Source: Salpingoeca rosetta (Eukaryota > Protista > Choanoflagellata). From it: a stretch of DNA of 64,000 nt. Each line of letters opens with the position of its first letter. Within the stretch, counting starts at the first letter, position 1. A program made the translations under genes and the position numbers. The stretch is from contig JAWQFM010000022.1 of assembly GCA_033442325.1 (NCBI GenBank), positions 1,044,615 to 1,108,614 on the forward strand. The letters run 5' to 3'. Shown here one piece after another: positions 35,599 through 64,000 of this stretch. A model generated the notes under the pieces. It was not told the origin of the DNA, made no database searches, and worked only from the letters and a program-made list of their open reading frames with translations.

Positions 35599-36399
35599 GG
35601 TGTTGGTGTTGGTGGTGGTGGGGGTGGTGGTGCAGGCATGATGGCTGCTTGCAGCTGTGTTCTTGGTAGTTGCGGCAATCGTGAGTTTGGCACGCTTGGT
35701 GGCAATGCCGTCTGCATCACCTGCGTCGTGTCTGATGCTGTCGTCACTGCTGGCAGTGGTAGTGGTGCTGGCGCTGTTTGCGGTGTCGTGGTTGTTGCTG
35801 CTGTTGCTTTCGTTGTTGTGACTGCTGCGATAAGTGATCGCCTTGAGGCCATGGCTGCTGGTGGTGGCTTGTGGCGTGTGCATCGCGCGGATCCTTGCCA
35901 CGATGGCGTCCACGAGGCGAGGTGGCGGATGTGGGTGCAATGATGCTCGTGCCTCCAGCCGCCACTCGTGTGTCGGCACAACTCCGCTGGCAAGGTGGAA
36001 ACGCGCGTGCGGCGTTGCATATGCATCGCACATCTTGACGACGATAAGCGGCTTGTTGTTTGACACGACGAACCACAGCTGCTTGTTCGTGTTGATGGGG
36101 CTGCCTGTCTCTGCGCCGTATGCCGACGTGCCCATAATGACAACGAGCTTGCAAGTGTCGATGGCTTCCACGATGCTGGCTGCCGTGTTTGCGCCAGGCG
36201 ACGCATCGCACAAGAACGCAGTCACGTTTCCGTGGGCGCACAGTGCAGCATGCAGGGCCTTGCTCTCCTCCAGCGCTTCTGACTGCTCAAAGGAGATACA
36301 CACATCACAGCCATCGCTCAGACACTGCCACAGAGGCGATGTCATCGTCGTCGTTCGTTTCGGTGTGGTGGTGTTTGCGTTTTGACGGGAGAAGCACAT
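33229..36399 (-). CDS. Intronless TIR-domain plus armadillo-repeat protein (1056 aa)
   Basis: N-terminal TIR-like DVCISF..AFLCDASPG..IVEAIDTCKLVVIMGTSAYG; S/T/N linker; ~15 ARM units of type GG(I/V)D.V..AM..H....VQ..AC.AL. Alternative start at 36345. Confidence 0.85.
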
Positions 36400-36544
36400 A
36401 TGTCCTATTTACAGCACGTTGTGCTACTTGAAGGTCGACACAGGACTTGCTGCGCGCTGGGACGAGTTCGGTGCGCACACACAACACAACGTTTGTTTGG
36501 CTGAACGGCGTGGCTGGATAACGTTTGCTGAACGGCGTGGCACC

Positions 36545-45048
<8,504 letters not shown>

Positions 45049-45588
45049 AAGCAAGAGGCGGCACGTATCGCATCCCTGTGTTCATTTGCAGTGTCGAGAA
45101 CGTGTCATGGACCGCATGTCGTGCACGCATGCGTGGTGTGCGTTCTGGATATCTTGTGGTTTGGCGTGACATGTGACGTGACGTTTCTTCTGTGCCTCTG
45201 CTTTGTGTGGCATGTGCATAAATGAACGTATGCCTCATTGGTCATCAAATCACGTGTTTATTGTGCTGAGAAACGCAATCGGAGGCGGGGAAGAGAGAAA
45301 GGAGAAGAAGAAGATCGAGGAAGGGAAGAAGTGGAAGAACAGGAGAAGAACACAGAAGAAAGCGGTGTGAAAGAAGGGAAGGAACAGCGCGGGGAAGAGA
45401 GGAAGAAGCAGCAGAGAGGAAGAGGGGGCGGAGGCGGCGTGAAAGAAGGGAAGGGAGTGGGGCAAGAAAGCGCAGGACAGGAAAAAAGGCAGACAGGAAG
45501 GGGGGGGGGGGAAGAAATCGAGGGAAGCGCATGGAGTGGTGCGCTGCGGAGGACGGGCTCAAGCACCGTGTTCCTGTGCTCAGCTCAC

Positions 45589-46445
45589 TCAAGACACGGT
45601 GATGACCTTGGAGAGCGTGGAACACATCTCACAGCCCTCCTTAGGGGAGTAGCAGTAGGAGGCATCAATCGTGTACGTCGCGCTCTCAGCATCTGAATGG
45701 AGGCATAGCCAAGGTTAATTGTACATGTGAAGCAAGTCAGACTTGAATGAGTGTGTTACAATGCGGTTTTTTGTGTGGCAGGAGCAGTTACAGTGGGCGG
45801 AGCACGCAGAAGTCAGAAGCCAGGTTTGCATCTGTGATGGGACATTAAGCATTCACCTATTCACTCCCTCAACACAATATGCTATGGACGGCATGGATTC
45901 ACTCACACTGATGAAGCTCGTGAACTTGTTTCAGGAAGGGGAGTGTGCCTGATGTGGTCGAGGACTCAGACCACGAAATGTGGAACGAGAACGTGGTGAG
46001 CGTGGGCTACATGTACGTGCAAAGGTGGGTGGGCGTATGGAGAACAGGCATTAGATTCGATGCTTTCACAAAGCAAATGACAATCATGAATCAAGCAGGA
46101 CAGCTGTCACAGCGTTCACGCAAAGCAGCATTCACACACAAGCCCACGGGACAAGGTGACGGGGCAGGGATAGGGGGATGCTTGTTCAAGCGTTGTTTCA
46201 CTTACGTCGCAGTCCCCAAACCAGGGGAGCAACGCAACGGCAGCGCGGTCGCCCGGGACGGGCACAATCGTGGAGTTCGCCGAGATGCTTGGCCGGCACA
46301 TCGGTGGGCACGATGTGCGAACGTGGTTGGCGTTGATGGGAGCGGCCGGGAGGGCGGCCGTGAGGGCGAGCTGCTGGGACACCACTGCCCCCAACAGCAG
46401 CAGGGCTGCTCCAAAGCAGCCAGCAAAGGCCTTGAGTAGACGCAT
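45589..46445 (-). CDS. Small secreted Cys-containing protein with PKD/Ig-like fold (147 aa; exons 46445-46206, 46006-45907, 45692-45589)
   Basis: Signal peptide MRLLKAFAGCFGAALLLLGAVVS; GTAAGT and GTGAGT donors with phase-compatible AG acceptors; total 444 nt; AATAAA on the minus strand at 45257-45262. Confidence 0.75.
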
Positions 46446-47545
46446 TGTTGCAGGACGGAGGAGGGGAAGATGGGAGAGGAGGTGGCTTGGTGCGTTGGCG
46501 GAGGCTCCTCTTGGTGTGGCTTGGTGGTTTAGTGGTTTGGTCGCTTGGTTCGAGCTGGAAAATGAACTGGCTCACTGAGCATCCCCCACTTGTATTCCGC
46601 TGAGCTGGTAGTGGTCTAGAGTAAGAGAGCTGTGTGTCTCTGTGTGTGTGTGTGTGTGGGTTGGGTTGGGTGGCGTTCAGCACTTGTGTACAGTCACAAC
46701 TCAGCCGCTGGAGGCGCTGAGACACGAGCAATTCCCCGCCATGTTACTTTGTGCGTGTCACGCCCAAGCTCCAGAAAAGAACAGAGTGAGTGTGTGTGTG
46801 TGACAACAGACCAACAAAGAGAAAGAAGGCAGAAGCACACTGCTACACTGAAGACTGGAGCAAGGGGGGCGGGGGTGCCTTTGTCTTCAAGTGTTGCTGC
46901 TGGCCACTTTTCACTGCCGCTGATGCAACGATGTCGCTCACTGGCAACTGGAGGTCGGAGGTGACACACACAATAATAAAACCAGACGCAGGCAAGCAGG
47001 GACAAAGAAACCAAAGCAAGCGCATTGTTGTGATGTGATGTGACATGAGGACGTCATGTCACTGATCGCTTGATTTGCGGCTGTGGGAGGCGAGTGGACA
47101 AAGCGAAGAAAAACAAATTTCAAAAGTTCTGCACAGTCACATGTCTTTCGCAGGAAATCATGGCCAAGTATCCGAGCCTTGTGTGTGAACCGTTTGCTCG
47201 TGAACACCCATACAAACACCCACCCACACCCACCCACACCCACGCACACACACAGGTTGTGGACAACTGATCGCCAGATGTGCGCGCGTGTGTGTTCGCC
47301 TTGGTTGACCTCAGAGCAAGTTGTATTCATGTGAAGTGGAGTGGAGTCAAGCCGCAGCGACGGCAGCGAGACAGGGAGGAAGAAGGGAGCAAGGGAGAAG
47401 GTGGTTGAAGAAACGCCATGCAGAGAGGAAGCCATTGTAACAACAAAACGGTCACATACAGACAGAGAGACATGCAGACAGTACACGCGCGCGCGCACGC
47501 AGTAGACAACGGAAGGCGCGGTAGCACACGAAGCGGGCTCACGCG

Positions 47546-47725
47546 TTACTTGTCTCCATCCCCTTCCTTCTTCTTGTCATCATCCCCCTCCTTCTTCTTG
47601 TCATCCTTCTGGGCACTACCGGCAAGTGAGGCCAGCATCTGCAGTTGGAGCAAACACACACCACCAGTACCGGTCGCCAGTGAGCACAGCATCCAATGCA
47701 TCCCTGCGGCAACAGCAGCAGCAGC

Positions 47726-47795
<70 letters not shown>

Positions 47796-48471
47796 CCAAC
47801 ACCAACAACAAAAACAAGCACAGGAACAACGACAGCAAGCCCCCCCCCCAACTTCAACCACCATCCATCACGCCACGCCACGCGTGTGTGCGCACCTCCT
47901 GCACTTGTGCGTCGGATGGATCAACGCCCGGCAGCTCGCCAAGGAGGCCCGTCAGGTATGCCGGGTCCTGGAAGATGTCCATTGCGCTCTCTGCTGCCTC
48001 GTCCTTTGGCGGCTCCTGCGGCTTTGCTGCCTCCTCTTCCGCCTTCTTCGCCGACTCATCACCTTCCAGCTTGCTCGCCTTAGCGGCAGGCTCGCTCTCG
48101 TCCTTGCCCGTGTCCATCGCCTCGCTGCCCGACGGCCTGCGCGCAAACAGGGCGGGAATAAGTATGATATGGTATGTGTGTTTGATTGGGGCGAACAAGT
48201 GCATGCTTGTGCTTGTGCTTGTTCTTGTGTGAGGTGGGGCTGGCAGAGGCAGGTATTGTGTCCATGGCAACGTGAAGGCGCTGACGCACTGCTGATCTTG
48301 GAGCGACATCTGCATGGCGTATTGGAGCATCTCCTCCTCCGTCATCGCATCAAAGTTGGGCATGCCTGGCAAGTGAACGACATTAAAGGGCGATGAATGA
48401 GTCTCAACTACAGCAGCACAACTGACCGATCGTGAAAACGCGCGATCATTCGGTGACAATGACAGACGCAT

Positions 48472-48509
<38 letters not shown>

Positions 48510-51122
48510 CTGACACAAACACGATACACGTTATACACAAACAACAACAACAACAACACATACACACATCACAACATACAGATAGAAACAGGCCCTCGCA
48601 CCTCCTGTGGCTGCTGGGGTCTGTGTCTCTGGCTGGGACGTGGCGGCCTGCTGCTGCTGCTGCTGTTGCTGGGGCGCAGCCTGTGCGTCACCGGTGGCAG
48701 CGGTGGTCGCTGCCCCCTCACCCTGCTGCTCCTGCTCCTGCTCCTGGCCGGTTGGCGCCTCACCGCCCTCCGTCTGTGCGCGCTGCTGCCGCTGCCGCTC
48801 TTCCTCAAGCGATATCCTCAGCGCCATGGCAAGCTCAGGGTCATTCTCAAGGTCAAGGTCCCCGCCCATGCCTGCAGGCACGCCGGACGGGGCGCTGTGT
48901 GTGTGCGTGTGTGTGTGTGTGCGTGTGTGCGTGAGTGAGTGAGTGAGTGAGCGTACATGTGCGCGCGTGTGTATGAGTGAGTGAGTGAGTGAGTGAGTGA
49001 GTGAGTGAGTGAGTGAGTGAGTGAGTGAGTGAGTGAGTGAGTGAGTGAGTGAGTGAGTGAGTGAGTGAGTGAGTGAGTGAGTGAGCGTACATGTGCGCAC
49101 GTGTATGAGTGAGTGAGTGAGAGGAGGTGTCAAAGGGGCCAAGAACACAAGTGCCAGCGAGCACACGGGCATGGGCATGTGGGCAACTTACGCTTCTGTG
49201 GCAAACATTGGCGAAGACATGATTGAGTCTGAGAGGCGGCCCGAGCCCGAGGGAACAACAACCAGGTGGCTGCAACCAATGCCAACAACAAGGGTCGAAG
49301 AAACGTGGCAGCCACAGCACGGTCAGGTGGTGTTGTGGAGGTGAGATGTCGGCTTAGATGCAGGGCACTGGTACGTGCGCAAGGGGATAAAGCGAGCAAA
49401 GGGAGGAAGGGAGGAAGGAAGGGAGGAAGTGAAGGGAAGGAAGACAGGAAGGAAGGAAGAAGGAACTGAAGGGAAGGAAGAGAAGCAGAAACAATACAAG
49501 GAAGCAGAAACCGTGGACGCAAGGAGCAAGGGGCGGGGGCACCGCGCACCTGTTGTCCTCCTTGTTGACGGTGGAGATGAACGACTCCAGCTTGGCCTGG
49601 TTCACGTCCTAGAGGACCACCGGCAAACGAGCAAAGCGAACCATGCACAAGCGCGGTTGTGAGAACTGCGAGAATTCGCTGAGCTTACGCACTGGGCGGG
49701 GTTGGCACACACACACATACAGACACATACACGTGTACAAACATGCCATTTGCAACACGAGCAGCAGCTGACACGCAAAGAGCTGTACCTCTTCGCCAAA
49801 GCTGATAATGTCGACGCTGACGTTGCTCTTCTTCAGCTTCTTCGCGAGCGTGGTCAGCTGTTGTCGAACATGGGACACCGTGGACAACGCCATCAGGGCA
49901 AGCGAGGCAGCACAGTGGGGCAGTAGCGGTACATGTAGCAAGAGACAACGAGATGAACCACACACTGCCGCCAATACACATCCACACACCCACACACACC
50001 CACACACACCCACACACACACACACATACACACCCACCCACACCCACACCCACACCCACACCCACACACCCACACACCCACACACCCACACACCTGCTTT
50101 TCGTTGGCGTTGACGGGGCTGCCGACAAACACGATGATGCGCTGACGGTGGTTCTTGGATTGGCGGTGCTTCAAGATGAGCTGCAACCACACAAGGGGCA
50201 ACACCAGCAAGAGAGGGTGAGAAGAGCGCCAACGTATTGAGCAGAGCGCGTCGCAACAACGAAAAGAGAAGGAAAACAACAGGAAGGACAAGCTCTCACA
50301 CACACACGCTCACACACGCTCACACACATACGCTCACACACACACACACGCACACACACACACACATACACGCACACGCACACGCACATATTCACGCATA
50401 TTCACACAGTTCCGCAATGGTGACTGACCTGTGCAACTTGGATGGCGCTGACAAAGTCGCAGGCGCCGGCGGCCTTGATCTCGTGCAGGCACGCAAGCAC
50501 CTTGCCCTTGTCACGAGTCAGCGTAGACAGCACGTCAATCCTTTGTTGAGAACCATCCCCGGGTGTGCATTGTGCGCGTGAGTGTGTGAGGGCAGATGGG
50601 CATGCTCACGCGTACGTTCACACACGTGTGCACAAACCGTTGCACAATCAGACACACGCACACAGGCATATATGTACGTTCACACATACGCCCTCCCCCA
50701 CGTTCACACCCGCACACACAAGGACGTACTTTTGGCCCATGGAGAGGAGGCCAACGGTGCTCTCTGGGTTGTCGCGGAGTTTGGTGCCTACAACAAGGTT
50801 TGCGGCATCGCGTTGCGCCTGCAGGCGGGTCGGCACAAAGTCGCCGTTGCGCATGAAGTCACTGCTGTCCAAGCTGTTTGTCGAAACCAGCGAAAGTCAC
50901 GTGAGCAGGCGGCGTATCAAGCACGACGGCCGTGTCTGAGTAGTACCACAGCGTACACGCGCACGCGCGCACGGCAGCGCTCCACAACACCAACGTTCAT
51001 GCGAGCACCACCATCACTTGCCATGAACACAAACACAAACAACGAACGACCGCCAAGATTGTGCGTGCATCTTGCGTCTCTCACGCGTGTACATACCACA
51101 GCACAGTTGCCTCGAGCACCAT
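47546..51122 (-). CDS. PSMD4: 26S proteasome ubiquitin receptor RPN10, multi-exon
   Basis: [49 protein letters not shown], UIMs [19 protein letters not shown] and [22 protein letters not shown]. Confidence 0.96.
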
Positions 51123-51367
51123 GACTGGTTTTGGGCTGGTGTGTCTCGCTAATGTGACGGATGGGATCTCAGCTCAGCTCGGCTACCTTCACGACTGCTT
51201 CCCTGCACACACAATGCTTCAGTCGACACACTTGCAGACTTGATGTCGGTTGCTCTTGCTTGTTCGTCGTTGCTCTTGTCGTCGTCTTTGCCTTCTTCCT
51301 TTCGGTTTCTGTCTGTGAGGTGAGCGGTCAGTTATTTTTTTATTTTATTTTTTGTGTGGGGCCTGAG

Positions 51368-57868
<6,501 letters not shown>

Positions 57869-58092
57869 TATCGCTGTGTGTCGTGTGGACCTGTGGATGC
57901 GTGGACGTGTGCTTGTGGCTGTCTGTGTTGATGCTTTGAACGCGAGCAGCAGCCAACGTGAATGAGGAAGGAAGGAGCGTGTTGTTGCTGCGCGTTGTCT
58001 GTATTGTTGCTTTTGGGTTTGTGGCGCCGTTTGTGGCGTTTTCGCTGAGTCAGCAAAAACGGGGAAACTGCTGACGCGCAGCAGTCGTGCAG

Positions 58093-59349
58093 ATGGATAT
58101 GACACAGCTCGAGGTGGTGGTGGGCGGCGTGTTTGGTGTGGCGTGTGTGTTGGTTGGCGTGCTGGCGACAGCATGGCGCATGCGCATCGACGCGGCGCAG
58201 CCGCTGCTGGCGTGGGGGAAGCTCAGGCACACAGGGAACCAAAGGCCAAAGGCAGCAGCCAGAGATGGCGGCGGCAACCGATCCGTTGACGTGTTGGCAT
58301 GGCTACAACAGCTCACCGTCCCAAAGAGGTGCAGTGTTGAGTGAAGCAGTGTGTGTGTGTGTGTTGAGTGCAGCAGTGTGTGTGTGTGCGTGTTGCGTGC
58401 AGTGTGCAGCAGTGTATGTGGTGAGTGCATTGTGTACAGTGTGCAGCGAATGTGGTGAGTGTATTGTGTACAGTGTGCAGCGAATGTGGTGAGTGTTATG
58501 TTGAGTGTGTTGTTGCAGCCTGCACTGACCACCACTGACCACCATTGATTTCACCGTGTCTGTCAGGTGGTTTGCACACTTTTATGTGTTTGGATTGGCG
58601 TTGCAGTTGCTCGTCTTTGCCCTCCGCGGCACTTCCGCCATCAAGTGAGTGGAGTTGAATCCACACTCAACGTGAGCGCATACAGCCACTCAAACGCACG
58701 ACCCTCACACGTGCACGCACGAGCACATGCAAACTTCGTACCCACACACGCACCCTCACACGACCCTTGTAGTTGGATGTCTGGGTTGATGACGGTGCAG
58801 TTGGCCAGGCGAACGTGGGAGTGCTTGTTTGTGCATCGCAAGTCAGCCAGTCGCATGCACGTGCTCCACTACATCACGGGCATGGTGTTTTACCCCCTCG
58901 CCATCACCCTCTGGCAGATTGTTCCCGTGAGTTGCTCTGTGTTTGCGTGTGTGTGTGTGTATGCGTGTGTGTCTGTGTGCGTGTGTCTGTGTGCGTGTGC
59001 GTGTGTGTGTCTGTGTATGTCAGAGTGTGTATACATCTGCATATGCGTTCATGTGTCCGCCTTTCATGCCTTTCATGCTCTGTCTCTCTTTGAACTACAC
59101 CTCACTTTCTTGCCGTGCTCCTTGGACACGCACGCACGCACACATACACGCACGCTCGCACTCACACATGCACGCACCCACACATACATGCACACATCAG
59201 GCAACCAGTTCTCTTCCCATCATCGCTGCTGCCCTCGCGTTGTTCATTCTTGGAAGCACCGCCCAAGCGTTAGCACACATCCAGCTGCGTCGCCTGGCAG
59301 GTGAGCAGCACATCCATAGACACACAGACAGCTCGACACTCATGCACAC

Positions 59350-59380
<31 letters not shown>

Positions 59381-59381
59381 T

Positions 59382-59420
<39 letters not shown>

Positions 59421-59942
59421 TGTGGTCTTGCTCTCATGTTCTCAATCAATTCACCCTGCTGGCGACAGACGGTGCGAAGAAGGATGGCGAGCTGTACCCG
59501 TGTCCGCGTGGCGGCATGTTTGCGTACGTGGCTTGCCCACACTACACAGCAGAGGTGGTCATCTACACGGCATTGGCTGTGGTGAGTTGTGACCACTGCA
59601 CCCATTGGATGCTCCACCTTCGTTCGAACGCACGTGCTTACTCACGTGTGTGTGCATAAATGTGTGTGCGTGTGTGCGTGTGTGTGCGTGTGTGTGTGCT
59701 CTCATTCACCACTCACCCACTCACCCACTCACCCACTCACACTCACACACATGCATGCGCACCCCCCCCCCCCCCCACACACACACACACAGCTGGCGCA
59801 AGGGCGATGGAATGTGGTGCTGTGTGCAATATTTGTGGCGTGCAACCTGTCGCTGGCAGCGATGATGACACATGAATGGTATCGGCGCCACTGCAGCAGC
59901 GCCTACAGCACGCCCCACGCCATCATCCCATCTGTGTTGTGA
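58093..59942 (+). CDS. SRD5A3: Polyprenol reductase (steroid 5-alpha-reductase 3 / DFG10), multi-exon
   Basis: WGKL, LTVPKRWFAHFY, RRTWECLFV..SRMHVLHYITG, PRGGMFAYVACPHYTAEVVIY, NL..AA..THEWY..AIIP. Confidence 0.92.
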
Positions 59943-60143
59943 TGTCCGCAACGCACGCAGCAAAGGTTTACGAAGAGCAAGGACATGGGTGGTGCTCATG
60001 CGCTTGTGTGCAGTCACCAACCCCCTGCCCTTGCTGCCCTTGCTGTTGCCGCTCAGTGATTGTGATGGAAAGTGAATGACGCTTGCGTACCGTGAGTGAA
60101 GCAAGGCAAGCCAGTAAGCAGGAAGGAGGGAAGGGAGGGAGGA

Positions 60144-60243
60144 NNNNNNNNNNNNNNNNNNNNNNNNNNNNNNNNNNNNNNNNNNNNNNNNNNNNNNNNN
60201 NNNNNNNNNNNNNNNNNNNNNNNNNNNNNNNNNNNNNNNNNNN
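60144..60243. other. Assembly gap (100 N)
   Basis: N run. Confidence 1.
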
Positions 60244-60299
60244 TTCCACGCACACGCGCCTTTCCGGACAAGAATGTGCGGGAGTGCGTGTGTGTCTGC

Positions 60300-60397
<98 letters not shown>

Positions 60398-60532
60398 AAA
60401 GGATCGTTGCCTCGCTTCCCCCCTCGCTTCCACCCATTCCCCCTTGCTTCTGCGTCGAAGTCGTTCCTCATCATCAAGGCGTGGCCACGCTCCCAACCCT
60501 GCGTCCTTCCTCCTCCACCTCGATGATGTGTG

Positions 60533-64000
<3,468 letters not shown>

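Noticed and set aside
45238-45696. 152-aa E/G/K-rich ORF on the + strand over a polypurine tract
   Set aside because: Low complexity with a TTG start; better explained as the pyrimidine-rich 3' UTR of the minus-strand secreted gene.
46450-47540. Possible gene or ncRNA in this interval
   Set aside because: No convincing coding signal, splice chain or RNA structure recognised.

Overview
Eukaryotic, intron-rich, microsatellite-saturated DNA with (CA)n, (GT)n, (GAGT)n, (CT)n and (CAA)n tracts and animal-like genes. It is most consistent with a choanoflagellate such as Salpingoeca rosetta, which is an inference. Most ORFs in the supplied track are microsatellite artefacts, so genes were rebuilt exon by exon. 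Order: partial coiled-coil/acidic gene (+), Q-rich Zn-knuckle protein (+), PIH1D1 (-), a full-length IS630-Tc1-mariner transposon with DD82E spacing, 27-bp TIRs and an unusual 3-bp TGA duplication, PSMD12 (+), PCYT2 (-), ankyrin-SAM protein (-), CUL2-like cullin (+), an intronless TIR-ARM protein (-), MCM9 (+), a cryptic 3-exon secreted PKD/Ig-like protein (-), PSMD4 (-), XRCC1 (-, with a duplicated exon), SRD5A3 (+) and an inversin/ANKRD55-like ankyrin gene (+, partial, frameshifted). Highlights are the TIR-ARM candidate immune protein, the transposon in a bidirectional promoter, the hidden secreted protein, and introns built as 5'-(GT)n...(CA)n-AG that may splice through RNA structure.
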